Of a DNA stretch of 64,000 nt, positions 24,401-38,365 are shown in pieces. Each line of letters begins with the position of its first letter. Position 1 is the stretch's first letter. The notes below the pieces were generated by a model. It was not told the DNA's origin. It was given only the letters and a program-made list of their open reading frames with translations, and ran no database searches. The position numbers and the translations under genes were made by a program. This stretch comes from Stylophora pistillata (taxonomy: Eukaryota), in the NCBI RefSeq assembly GCF_002571385.2, contig NW_019217806.1, forward strand, positions 218,982 to 282,981, written 5' to 3'.

Positions 24401-27400
24401 CATACAATGCTATGATTCGGATGTTGGGATCTGAAGCTAAAGATGAACTTTCCAGAGATTGAACAAGACCCTAGAAGTTAAAGGAGTACACATTTGGAAA
24501 TAAGGACAACTCAAGTTTGAAATTAAGATGACTCTAAATGGTTTTTGATATGTTACACACCTAGTGTAGTTAAATCACCCAACCCACCAAAAAGCTAGTG
24601 GTTAATAAAAGCCAATTTGAGCCACCTTCATGAAAGTCATAAAAGTGGATCAATATGTTAGAATTGCACAGTTTCTTGGTTTTCTGAATGGAATATTCTC
24701 TACATGTAGCTCTTACTCAAAAACTCACTCTACCTGCAAGGCACAAAAACAGCTGACTTGGTTGTCCAATCTTGGTGAGAAGATAAACTCCTCCAGTGCA
24801 CCACCCAATGTCTGAGAGAAAAAGAATAAAAAATATTAAAAGAACCCATTCAAACAAATCATAATTAAAATGCAAAATCAGGTGGTCTAGCTAAGATTGA
24901 TCACAGACTCAGGAAAAATGAGGGAGAAGGGGGGAGGAGGGGGTTTTAGTTTAAAAATTTCTGTGTTCCTTGTTGCACAACTATTGCAATTGGCACCTCA
25001 ACATTTGCACCTTTGTTATTCGCACCCACCAGTCACAATACATGTAATTATTGTTCACCAGAAAAACATTTTATTCTATTTCACTCGATTACAAGACCAA
25101 ACCTTAAGCGAACCACATTCTCCGAGGAATGAAGAAAACTTAATACGAACAAAATACTAAACTATAACTAATATATACGAAAATAGTCGATCGCAAATAG
25201 CACAAAAGGATCACGTAGCGCAAAGAATTCTAATGAATGCCATGATCCTACTGATTAATGCGATTGTCTCCTGCTCAATTATCACATCAGCATCTGGACA
25301 CAACCCCTACATAAATGTGTGGACAGGCTTTATTAAACATTCTACTTTGAACATGAAAAGTAACCGTCAACATTCTTAAGTGAAGCTGAGGCTCATACTG
25401 CAGCTTCACCTCACATGTATCAGCTGACAAGGAGATTTTATTTGACAATCAATTACCTTTTTTTGTCTGTGATCAATTCCTTTCTTCTTGTGACCTTAAT
25501 TTGTGATATTGTAAGGAGAAATTCAATGCTAATTGCTCTCAGCTGTTTAGAGGCTTTTAACACTGTGCTCTTCTTAACTAACTCCACATGAGCGATGAAA
25601 GAACATACTCACAGCAGGCTGGGTATCGGCCAGGTGCAAGTCAAAGTCTATGATATGATCTTGTTCACATTTCAACTCCTCTGTTAGGAGTTTGACCAGA
25701 GTTGACTGATGAGAATTGCTCTAAAGAATTAAATCAATAAATTCACTGCTAAAAATAAAATGAATAAATATTTTAACCTTTTCACTTCCAAGATCTTATT
25801 GGTAATTCTCCTTACCATCTGCCATCATTTTGTGTAAAAATTACTCACCCTTGACTTTTTTTCCTTAGGTTCTTTAGCAATGTTGCCATTTTCACTGGCT
25901 GGCTTATTCAACAGACTTTCGTATACACAAGTTGATAAGATGGGTGTTCTGGAATAGGAGAAAGAAAACTCAAAGAAGTTTGTTCAAATAGAAATTAATT
26001 TACAGTTAAAGTATTGATCATGTACTTCATGACTTTGTGTGTACTAATTAAATCTGCTCATCAAGTAAACATATTTACAGTATTTCTAGAATTTGAACTT
26101 TTTTTAAATCAACCAGAAAAACTTAATGTGACAGCGTGATGCTGTGAGTTTCACAGGTGCTGACCGATACTTGGCTGTGCAGCAGCGCATTGCGGTTCCA
26201 GTCCAGACCCACAAATTGACCCTTGCTCACCATAGAGTCTCCAGTAGCTCAGTGGTTAGAGCATCCGACTAGATCACAGAGGGTCATGGGTTCAAGTCCC
26301 ATCTGGGGCTCGGATTTTTCTATTAAACCAGAAAAACTGTTGGTTAAATCACTAAACAGTTGTAGAGTGGATCTGTTGTAAGGACAATTTCTTGGTTAAA
26401 ATGGTTAATATCACAGTCTTTGGTTGCTTAAAACTATCACTTTTTCTGCTATTTGGATCTGTGCTCATCTGGTGTTGTGTTACAACAATGTTATCTGGAT
26501 ACTCCCATATTGCACTTGGGCTTCCTGTGGTGTGTAGTTACTCACATGTGAGTTTCTTTATTTGGTGAGAACTTGTCATTAATGTCACGCTGCAGATGGA
26601 TTGCCAGATGTGGAACACGCATGATTGGTCTGTCAATGTGAACCAAATGGTGCTGCAATCTATCACCTTTCTGTTTGATCAATTTGAATCGGGAAGAATT
26701 AAGAAAATAATTAATATGTAATCAGGTGGAGTCAAATTTGGATCAAATGGCCTAAGTGTGATAAACATAATCTAACACCTGGAAGTTAATTGCAATTAAC
26801 CATTAGTCTAAACTTGCCTGTGTGCCAAGCAATTAATATATACACGTAACTATATTCTTAGATTTTCAACCATTTCTCTTTTCAGCTGTCTTAAGATAGG
26901 ATCTAACATTGGAAATAAATACCATTACCTTAATCATGACTCTGCCAGCCAATTTCAAATCCCTATCAAACCAAGTAGCCCATATTCCACCTCCATAGCA
27001 CTCCACTCCAACCTGTTGATAACCGTTGTTGCTCTTTTTGGAGTTTGGCTTCACCTGTTCCGATATAAAGTATAGACTGAGATAAAAAGATTTTGCACCA
27101 GAGTCATTTTCTCTGCTGCCCAATCTCCTGTTCTTTCAACCAATCCACTATTGCATTTCTTTAAATACCTAACACCTGACGGGGGTTTTATCATGGCATA
27201 GAAAATATCACAGAAATCTCAGGCTAGTGTTCACAGAATCCTCCCCAAAATTGTGAAGACCTGAGTTTTACTTTATTCAGATGAGGAAATCATATTCCCT
27301 TACCATTCACTGTTCCCTATATTGTGCCTTCATTTCTCAATATGAAGAAACTGACTGTATTTTTAACAACTTAAAGTTCTGTTTTTGAAGATTCATTTTT

Positions 27401-30400
27401 AATAATAGGTTTAAAGTACCTGGTAGTTTCTTAAATGTCTGATTTTGACAATTTTTAAACCAAATTCCATCCTCCCTGCTTTTTGAACATTTTTCTGATA
27501 CATGGAACAGGCCTTATGTCTATGCTTTAAATTCCTTTCACAATACATTGGAACCCGAACATGATTCTGTCACCAATTCTTACAGTGAACTTGCTTGTGT
27601 GCATGTGAATGAAAACTTATTATCATGTGATAGGATGAGCACTGAGACTTGCTTTGAAAAACATGTGAAAGGTAATTCAGAAATGGGCTATAATAGCTTT
27701 CACAGCTATGGTATTACCACAAATCTTTGTCATGTTAGCACTTGATTTACCCCTTAACTTAATTATCAAAACATTAAACATCAAATAAATAAATAAATGA
27801 TTATAACAGTAACTATTTCTAATTAATACATTTTTACTTATTTTCTAGATACCTTGAGACAGGGACTATCAGTATGAGCTCCCACAATGCTGAAACCATT
27901 ACCAGGAACATACTTCCCACCAACAGCAAATGCAATGATTGTTGACTGGTTCCTTGTCACAAAACACTACATGAAGCAAAGAAATAACATGAAAGATGGG
28001 TCAATATTGCAGGCAAGTTTTTGAACAAGGTAAGAATTTTGGTAATATAGTGTTCATAGCCAAGCTAGCTGCCACTGTTTTGGTCACCATGGTAAGAAAA
28101 ACAAAAAACAATTGGCAATAAATTTGCAACATAGGTGATCATCTGTTTTGGTTTCCTGTACATTGTATTAAATTGTATAATTATATCAATTTACTTTAAG
28201 CAAACGATGTTTACTCATTTTCTTTTGCAAAATAATGGTGTATTGCAGCAGTTAAACTTCAATCTGTACCTTAGTTGTCCATGCAAGCATCAAGCCTTGT
28301 AAGGTTTGTGATCTTTCCAAGACAACTGGAGGCTATATTACTCATTTCAAAGACAACAGAAGTGACCAATTTAAGTGCACATGTGATTTCCCACACTAAA
28401 GAATTTTCATTTCTGGCAACCATTTTGTGATTTTGGGTCTTGTTCAAACAGCAACCTTTTAAAGTTAAGTATACAGCACTGACTCTCATTCCTGACCTTG
28501 TCAGAAGGCTTGATTTCCCAGTGATCTTTTTCCTTGAGCTCCTTAAATCCTGCTGCTGACAACACCTTTCTACACTCATTGACAACTAAAACAAAAGATT
28601 CCAGCTATTATCATGTCAAAATAACTTTGTTAATATTGAGCCAGGCTATCATGCAGTTGAGGAAAGAGAGTATTAGTATCTAAAGAAACTCTGGTACTGT
28701 GAATGAAGTATCTTCCTGTAGAGACATTAGCAGAGATTTACAACAATTATTCCAAGTGTTACATACGGCATCCTGTCTTGGGGAAACTATTCCACAACCC
28801 TACTTTCCCACTTGGATATACAGTCCATTCCAGAGCAGCGAAAATTATTTACAACCTTGATTCATCTTTATCTGATGCTGAATGTCTCTTGAATTCTAGC
28901 TGGCCTCCAATATCCTATTTTTACAAGAAATTTGTTCTTTTTATTCATACACAAGGTTTATTTTGACTCACTGTCCTTTTTGTTTGGGGACCCTTTTTCA
29001 AAGAATGCCTCTGGCAGACCTCTACATGCTGTTTAACAGAGGACTATACCCAGACCCAACTCTGAAGTGGGCAGGAACACCTTACGGTATAGAGGACCTG
29101 TTATTTGGAACTTTGTCAACAAAATTGCTTAAGTTCAAGAGAACCTAGCCAGTTTCAAAAACACTATTAGAAAATTACATGTCGAGCTGAAGGCGTTTTC
29201 ATTATTTTAATAAAGAAGCTGTAGTTATTACAAAGAAATCCAAAGAGTTTGTTTTAACTTTTGATTAGCAGAATATTATAATTTCATTTAAGATAATATT
29301 TAATTCATTTAATTTAATTTATTATCACATTTGTAAATTTTTATTATCAATGCTTGTATTATTTTTGTAATTATTTGTAATAGTAGGTCCACATCAGCCT
29401 CTGGCTGCCTTTTTGCAACCTACTTATCAATTAAAGTATGTATGTATGTATATATGCAGCGTTGGTGGGGGTAACAAGGTAAATTTGGTAATATCAACTA
29501 AGTTGATATTAACTAAATTTCCAATTGCTCTGATGAAGGGCTATCACTCGAAACATCAGCTTTTTAACTCTTTATGGTGGCTAATTTACAATTTCAACTT
29601 AGTTGATATTACCAAATTATCAGTTAATTTTGACAGGCAACTGCAGTATCCTGCTATTCTTTATCAAGCAGTGAGATTGTTTGCTTATGAGTTTAAAACG
29701 ATGAAGAAAAAGGAAACGATTTCAAGAAATTGTAGGCACTAAAGCTAGAATGATAAAACATACCATGATATGGTGATGGACCATTGTTCACAAAATCAAT
29801 GAACTTCTTTGCTGCAGATTTTATTACATCAAGAGAGGATGCCTACCATAAAACAAAAAGCAGAAAAATATTTTGGTAAGACCTTCACTTCTTCTGACAT
29901 TTTGAAGATACAGGATGAAACTTTCATCCAGGAAAGAGTTACAGGTCATGAGCGGTATCTACATGTACAACCATACTATACATTAAGAAGAATTGCAGAA
30001 TGTTAGTATCAGGGTCCATTTCTCGAAAGTCCCAGAAGGGCCAGAAGCCTCTTCTTAAAATCCAATTTTTAAGAATAGACGGGCAGGTTCTGGCACCCCA
30101 ACCAGTCCATTTTGTTACTTTAGCTGATAAATTTATCGTTGAATTTTCAAAATGTTGAAAGGCCATCTTGAAAGAAACAGAACAGCTTAACAGGCCCATA
30201 AAGCTACTGGAACCTTGGAGAAACAGGCCCCAGAATTAATTGAAACTGTGTCTTAACCCTTTGACTGCTAACCTGTGTGATTAGCATCTACTTTTTTCTT
30301 ACAGTATCAGCCCTGAATCACATAATGAGGGCATGAATACAAGGGAAAATTGACTGCAAACTTAAGAAGCTCTGATTGTTTGACAAATTCTCCTTGTCAA

Positions 30401-31143
30401 AACTATCGGAAATGTATAAGGGATGGTATAGAGAATATGCATATATTGATGTCAAGGTGTGAGGAGTTAACTTCTGTCCTCAATATCCAAACAGACAAAA
30501 TCTTATTCAATTTCAAGAATTAATTGAAAACAAAAATGAATAAATATATAAACGAAACTTCTCTCATTATATAATTCTGAAAACAGACCAAAGATATTGA
30601 TGCACTAAGTTACCTATCTTAATATCCCACAACAAAGATAAAATAAATGTGTTCCCGCTTATCATATATTTCGCTTATGGAGCTTATTATTATATATAAC
30701 ACAATCAATAAATTCTAGTTTCTCTTTCTTGTAGGTGAAGCCCTAATTACAACTTCATCATTGTTGATCCAACATTCAAAAACACATCTCCAGGTAACAA
30801 GATTGCAATCTGCAAATGTCTCACGCCAGAGATACTCTGAAAAATTCTGGAATTCATTGCTTGCGATTATGTCTTTTGTAGATATCGCAAGGAAAGTGAT
30901 GTAAACGTAACCGAAATGAAACCACGCCGGAAGTTAAGACGAAAGTAATTAATGATGCATCGCTACTCTGCGTTCTCTATAAAATGAATTTTGAGACAGA
31001 GTTATGCACATATTACTAACAGAAAGGTCGAGCGGTAAATTAATTACAGAGAATTTTGTGTCTGTTTCTGATTTGTGCGGGATTGGTGTATAATTCATGG
31101 CTGAATACCGCAGGATTTCTAAAATCCTCACCTGAACAGCCAT
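21492..31143 (-). CDS. DNPEP: Aspartyl aminopeptidase (peptidase M18), 17 exons, 477 aa
   Basis: GT-AG exons: 31132-31143, 29764-29842, 28497-28585, 27853-27966, 26929-27054, 26546-26670, 25849-25948, 25613-25720, 24734-24811, 24390-24470, 24184-24253, 23959-24046, 23436-23475, 22778-22879, 22554-22635, 21697-21782, 21492-21545. Total 1434 nt, open frame. Motifs: [74 protein letters not shown]. Confidence 0.95.
26237..26320 (+). mobile_element. tRNA-derived SINE head in a DNPEP intron
   Basis: A box tagctcagtggttagagc, B box ggttcaagtccc, imperfect cloverleaf, followed by a T-run. Confidence 0.6.
28640..29450 (+). mobile_element. Degenerate L2/CR1 LINE 3' fragment with a (tatg)n tail
   Basis: KYLP...LAEIY...[12 protein letters not shown]...[10 protein letters not shown]..., then [13 protein letters not shown] across frames. 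Confidence 0.7.
30254..30470. mobile_element. TTAA-bounded (piggyBac-type) MITE; related copies at ~16925-17050, ~18425-18600, ~23770-23930, ~31775-31970 and ~42507-42729
   Basis: ttaaccctt...gttaa ends and shared internal motifs (atttctcct.acaatatc, atgagaata.ag.aaat, aaattctccttgtca). Confidence 0.65.
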
Positions 31144-32297
31144 CTTGGATTTTCAGCTAAGTTGTGTGCACCCCCCTTGGGAGTGGGGTAGGGAAGGCTA
31201 TAGCAAACCGAAAGTCGGAAATGGAAAATAAAACTGAAAGCGTAAGTGATTTGAGGTCCAAAAATAAACAGCGTGGGAAAAAAATAAAATAAAATAAAAC
31301 TGATACATTAGACAAAATTTAAAAAAGGCCAAACTTTAAAAATTTCAAGAGGTGAGTAAAATTATTGATCATTCTGAACAGCAATCCAGCCACGGAAATA
31401 AACGTCAAAATTTTAAAATCAACCCATGTAAAACAAGGAAGTACAACAAAAAGGAAATGTGAAGCGATTCAGTTTTATTTGAAGACCTCTCATATTTTTA
31501 TATTTTATGACAGATATATATTTTTTTATAATTCTACACTTGATTGCATAATACTCCATATATCTATACATACTTTATAATTTCTTATTTTCATATTCTA
31601 GGATGGTAACTGAATGCGTAACACGAATGAGAAGGAACAAATGAAAAAAACCAACGTTATTTAGCCTGATATTACAGTTGCCCTTAAGCTGGTTGCCTTT
31701 TCTTGCTGTTAATTGCTCTGTGTGAATTCTACCTATTCATTATTTTCTTTCTTTTCAGCTGATAATATATCCTTTAACCCTTTATCTCCCATGAGTGACC
31801 AAGACAGAATTTCTCCTTACAATATCAATACAATATCAAGCAGACAAGTGATGAGAATAAAGAAAAATGCCAACTAATGGATTATTAGTTGATCCAATAC
31901 CAGATTCTCTGAACTAACATCATTAGAATTGTATGCAAATCAGTAAGGAGAAATGGGAGTAAAGGGGTAAAGCCTCTGTCTGCATACAATGAAAATTGTA
32001 ATAAAGATAACTCATGAGCTGAAATGCTGAGTGAATGATGACAAGATTTTTTCTTTTACTATCACTTTTTCATGATCAAGCTAATACCATACGTAAGATC
32101 TTCCGTCAAAAGATGATCAAAATAAAAGCACTATAACTCTGCACCGTTAAATCGAAGTCTGGTTGTTTCGATACATCGACAAGTCTGTCGTTTCGATACA
32201 ACTTTAGTCATTTCGACACAAACTAAAGCGAAAGATAAATTTGAATGTTTTGAAATGTCTACCTGTCTGATAAAGGGAGACATTATTTATCCACAAT

Positions 32298-35200
32298 TTA
32301 GACGTGGTTTTCCCGTTGCAGTTCTCTTAAGGTAGTTTCCTTTGGCACTGATTTTTTAAAGAAGTTGTCTTTTTCTCCGGAACTGAGACGGTTTTTCCGT
32401 TTGTCAAAACGCTCAGTGAAGTTGTTCTCATCTTTCAAGACGTCAAAAAGGGTTCTCCTCGTTGGGCCTAAAACAGACAAAAATTGAATTTTTAATTCGT
32501 GATACAAAATATTTTTGACAACAGAAACAACTAAACAACGGTAGGGATACGGAGTCGTAGCGCATTGGACATCGAGGCCTGGGCTGGAGCCCAGCTGGAA
32601 GCTCGAAGACTGAACAAGACACTTTACTCGCACCATGCCTCTCTCTACCCAGGAGTATAAATGGGTAGCGGTGAACTGAGCTGTCAAGGAGGCCTGACGA
32701 AATGAATTTTGGGGGAAGGGGTAGGGGATAATTTGAAATCTGTGGCAACCGTCATATGAAACGTGATAAGCTCAGGCAGTAAACAAGGAACGACTTGACT
32801 ATAAAACACCCAGAAAAAGGGAATGTCTGAAGAGCAAATAGTGGGTTTACAGTATGTACATCAGAACTGCGGTCAATTTTAGCCAAAAATTTACAAGTAG
32901 GGTACGCAATACACAGTTTTATTAAGAAATTTTCCTAAGGCACCGAGATCAAAGGATACGCACGGACGAAACTGGCAACGAGGAAAAGGCAAATGACGTC
33001 ATAACACAGAGGGGTCCTCAAGAAGCTGTTAGGGAGAAAGATATACCCTGAGGAGATACTGTTTGGCAGCACGTTCGTTGAGACTAAATGATCAAATTTC
33101 TGCTCGTGGGACGACATCAGTGACACCCACTGGACACAAGTGTGACAATGGGCGCATTATCGTATAGATAAGACCTATCAGCAGTGATGCCAAGTTGTTC
33201 TGTATAACAGCTTGTGATTTAAACCTCGACAGACATGATGCACCGAAACGAAGTTCATTTTACTTCTCTTTTCAGTCTATAACATGTGGTCTGCAGGTTT
33301 TTTTTTTTCACTTGTTATAGGACTCAGCTGGATTAGTTTAGACTGAAATTTGAGCATTATCAAAGTTTTGGACAGTTCGTGTTTGATGTCAGTTGCAGAA
33401 GTCTTGTCATTACTTATAGTTTATAGAACTTAACGAATTCTACATACCTGTAGCGGAATTAGCAGCGGGAATTCTGGGGGCTATGGCATAAGAAAAAATG
33501 TATATCACTATTATTTGAAAAAGTGACATTTTCCTAAATAAACAAAACGCTAAACGTTCCACAGCGCAAGTGAAAGAAAAGGCGCCTACTAAGACGATTG
33601 TTCACTGTTCACATTTGGCGCTCGACTTCAAAATTACTTCACTGAACACGGCAAAGAACAACAGTTCCTTTGTTAAATTTCTCAAACGTGTATGGTCAGA
33701 AGAATATCACCTCTGAGAATCAGGCTTAGGCAGGAATATCAACGACTCACCAGGCGCGGAATTTTTTTTAATTCGCTTGTACAGCATGGACAGATACGTC
33801 ATCACGCTCAACTCGTCGATCTCTTCCATTGATACCAGGTCACTCGCTTCCAAAAGAGCTGGAACTTTGAGTTTTTCCTCGGCCACTTTGAAAGCCTGAA
33901 ATATAAAACTTATTTTTCACAATTCGACGAAAACGCAAGGCCATATGCTCTTTGATTAAAGTAAGTTCTTTCATTTCATCGTCCTGGCTTTCTCTGTTTT
34001 TCTCAAATTATGATATACTTTCTACCGTGCTCTTGGAGAGACTTGAAAATAAACATAGAGATCAGTTACATATATCACAAACTATAACTATCCCTCTCTT
34101 TAGAGGATTCTCATTTTGACCCAAATCAAAACTTACCAATTCATTGTTTTTCAAGGCGTCTTCCTTAGAGAGTTCGTCAAATTTGCTGCAAAATGAAAGA
34201 AAATCACTAGAATCAACTCTGTGGAAGCAACCCGCAAACCATAACTCGTCCAACTGACTTCTTAGAAACCCTCGTCATGTTAACGCTAAACAATGCATAT
34301 GTCTTTAATCGAAGTATTGTTTATTTTTTCACTGATACAAGCCATTCAGCTCCAACCTCATATAAAACATTTATTGACATCAAGTATCCATCGATTGTTT
34401 GATTCCAATATGCTATTTAGTTCGAAGTCGAAAGTACGCCCATAGCCCTAAGTCTAAGTGTTAATTTCAATTCACTTGTGCATTTAAAAGCTGAAAGTCA
34501 AGGTCAAAGACATAAAGAAAGAAGGTGATTTAGGTTATTATAAAGGGCTACGATCAATCTCAAACCAGGAGTATTAGTTTAATTTTTTATATGATAAAGC
34601 TTCTCTAGCCTTAACATTCTTGTTGCGATGGCTGCAATTAATGACGCTCTATTTGTTCGACGTTTATCAATATTGTAAATGTTTCCACTAAACTTTAACA
34701 TAGAAGACACACGCTGGAAGATAACTCGTACGTTGAGACGGTAGTAAAACTTGTCCCATTTTAAGATTTAGTGGATGTCTGTAAGATGAACACGTTGCAC
34801 ATTTGCGGTTCGTGGTTGTCAGTCGTCTTTAAAATCTATACTTATATAATCCAATAATCTAGAGACACTTTAGCCACTTTTGCAATAATACGTGCCTCTT
34901 TGTAAAATCTCTCGCCTCGCTTGGTGACCACCGACAGTCAATTTACATATATAAGTTTTGGTTCACTTCAGGGGATTATGAAGATTAGAAAGTTTTCCGT
35001 ACTGTTACAACATGTCGCGTTGGCATTGCATATGGCACACATATGATGTAAAAATGCTTAAGAAAGCAGAAGTCCTTGATACAAAATACTGAAGTGTCCA
35101 AGAATCTCCTCTGTCTTCCTGTTAAATATCACCTCGTCATTGTCTTAATTTTTCTCACAAAATATCAAAAGTTAATTATATTTTCAAATACTGTCAAAAG

Positions 35201-35604
35201 TGGCGTAGTAAAAAGTGCATAAACCAAAACTTTCCCGTGATATGGTAAATTAACTCCAACTTCCCTCTCCTCGAGTGAAAATCTTCGTTCTCAATTGCGT
35301 AAAGAAAAGACTGATATTTGTTAGACCTTTTCAAAGAGTCCCAGCTATAAACAACCTCCTGTAACTCACCAACAAAAAGGAACAGAAGGGGAGAGAGAGA
35401 GAGAGTGGCTGCAATTTTGAATACTCACATCAGTTCAGGATCGTATTTGTGTAGGAGCGCGCAAAAAGCCAAGCCATCCCTCCACGAAGAAGTTAAATTA
35501 ATCACTCTGACGCCTTTGTAACTGTAGGTTTGTTGTTTACACCATTCCAACAGAGCTTCTTTTCCTTTTAAATTTCGTGATCTTGCAGCCTGCCTTGTGG
35601 ACAT
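32298..35604 (-). CDS. Small single calponin-homology (MICAL-like/EHBP1/smoothelin-type CH) protein, 4 exons, 179 aa
   Basis: Exons 35429-35604, 34137-34185, 33751-33895 and 32298-32467 (540 nt, in frame): [75 protein letters not shown]...IDELSVMTYLS. Confidence 0.85.
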
Positions 35605-38365
35605 CGCGCGATCAATAAATGTAATTTTCAAAACAATACTTTGCGCAAAAGTTTAGTGTTTCTAAGGTCTGTCGTAACGTCAAGATGCTGACTGAAGAAA
35701 TTTTGCCTACTTCACTTGGTTTCGTTATGGTAATATGACGGAAGTTTGTCATAAGCAGGCTTTTTCAGATCTCTAAAGTGAGGTCAGCGTTGATGCGGTT
35801 TCATTATCGCTTTCCTGTGGGTGTCAATTATCAACGGCACGCGTGTGCGTTGCCAATAAAACAGCTATATTCGCGGTCTATTTTATAATTACTATAAGGT
35901 GGTCTGGAGAACTCATTTATCTCAATCAATCTTTGGTTAGTTGGCGATACAGAACAACAACTTTGAAGTGCCCGATATCAGTTGTTTTGAGGGTCATAGA
36001 ATATCAAGTAATTACAAGAATGCATCTAAATTAAAGCTGTAAATACAATTGCTAATGCGATACTAACAGCCCTACTAACATGCTGACAGATAAAACATGT
36101 TGACAGCATATAACACTAGTTTAAAAACTCTTACGCATAACAGGCATAGCCTTGAACGGAGTAGAAAGAAGGAAACAACAACATCCATTAAATTTTGTGA
36201 TATCAAACAGCAGACTTTTGAAAGGATAAAAAAAAGATGATTGCAATAACTGATAACTTGAATCTCGATGAAAAGGCCAACCAGGAATATTAGTGGCACG
36301 TACGGGAATGTATGGAAAGTCTCCGTGAAACCTACAAATTTCCACATTGCCTAGAGTGTTTTCACTCAGTGAGCTTTTTACGTCGGAGAAAATCCGATAC
36401 AACTCCCAAGGTTCGAGTTTGGAAATTTATGTAAAATTGTTAAAATGAAACTGACGTATAGTAACTTTCGTTGCAGTACGAAGATTTTTTTTTTACTTCT
36501 TCATCGACTCAAACTTGTCCTGAGAATTATTGGCATCCTGCCTGCAAAAATTGAAATCGAACTAAGTGTACTGTAAACCGCTCAAATATTCCTGAACTTT
36601 TCGATAATGCGAAAACAAACTGTGTATGCAGGTTTGACCTGCGAAACACGAGTTACCAATATTGATTAGATTAAGATAGCAAAGATTCATCGAATGATTT
36701 CATGTACTAACCGTTATAGCAAAAAAATGTTACTTTTTTTTCTACATTGGACGCAAACACGAGTGTTCCATAGAATGCATTATATGGAGTGCAAAATCAG
36801 GAAAATCCATCGGAAACTGTTTGTGCTTATTTCCAGTTTCGTTACCAGCTCAAAAGCCCACAACTGACGAAGTTATTTTACGTGACTTCTGACGCCCCGG
36901 AAATCCGAAAACTCTTTCGTACAAGTAGTAGCGCAGATCTGGAATGAATTATTTGTAAGGCTACAAAGTGAGGGTTTGGCAACAGAACAGCTTCAGTGTT
37001 TCATTTCATCCAGATGCTGTTGATATTCATAAAAATGTTTTTTTTTTGTAAACAGCCTTCATTAGCAATGTTAGAATATAACTGGCGAGAATAGTTACAC
37101 ACTCAAATGATTCTGTGTTGTACAGCATTAGGCCGAGAGGATTGTAAAAGAAAGAGAAAAAGAGAGCTGAAAGTGTTGATCCTACCGACTTTTTTTGAAA
37201 AACGATTGGAGATGACAACGAAGGAGATAATTTTACGTTAATCTTACGCCCCGGAAATCAGGAAAATCTTGCGAAGTCGAACACTAATCTGGAATCGATT
37301 ATTTCTAAGATTAGGTCCGAGCAAGTCTGAGTTCGTGATGGCACGATCGGCAATTAACAACTCATCGCCAACTCTACCGTCAAGTTAACTTGATGCCCGT
37401 AGCCAAGTTCACGAGAAGTAAAAGGGTCACTCTATGGTTTAGCTTCAGAGGAGGAGCAAGGGAAATTAGAAACTATTCCTATTCCTCATTTTCCTTTCCA
37501 ACAATCTTCACTATTTTTGCCCCTTTTTTCGCTCCCGCGCGCTCTCGAAACCGCAAGAATCTCTTTCATAATAATGTAAGAGTTGAGATAAACCCAAATT
37601 TTAAAACAAGGTAATTTTGGTTTTATCACCTGAGTTGATAATGCTGAACTGACCACCGTAAAGAGTTTGAGAGCTGACGTTACGAGCTTTAGCCCTTCGT
37701 CAGAGCCTATAAAACCTATTTACCTTAGGCTAAAAGTCATTTGAGAACGTTGGGATATTTACTTTGTTTTTCCTCAGTTGAACTTGGTCTGTGCTTAAAG
37801 CATCTACCAACTTCTAAGTTTCCCAGTCTCTTCTTCATATGCACTTTAATGACATCTTAAGACAGATTTTCCAAAACAGAAAACACATACTGAGATACAT
37901 ACATAAATATAGAAATAGATAAATGTCTTAACAAGACAAAGAACGTCCAGTCTCAGTTTTGCGATTAGCCTCTTTAATGATAATGATTGTTATTTGAGAA
38001 TTCGCCATAAATATAACGCGGTCAATAGTCTTTATCAATAATTCAAAAAACAGATTATTGCGAGTCCGACGCTCCCACTAGTCCATCACGGTTATACGGT
38101 TTCCTTAGATAACTACGCGCGCGCAGACTTCTGGGGGCCTAGGACAATCAGGGATTCCCCAACAAAAATTTGGCGCGCAAGTTAGGAGAACAACATAATG
38201 AGATGTTACATCTAAATCTATTTAACGCATTCACACTTGTTACATGCATTGTACAACAATGAAGGCAAAGAACGTGACAGTTAATGCCAACAATTATAGA
38301 CATCTTATCAACAGTAAATCCTACACCAGCCTGCAGAACAGGCGGAATTCTTGGTTTTTTTTTTT

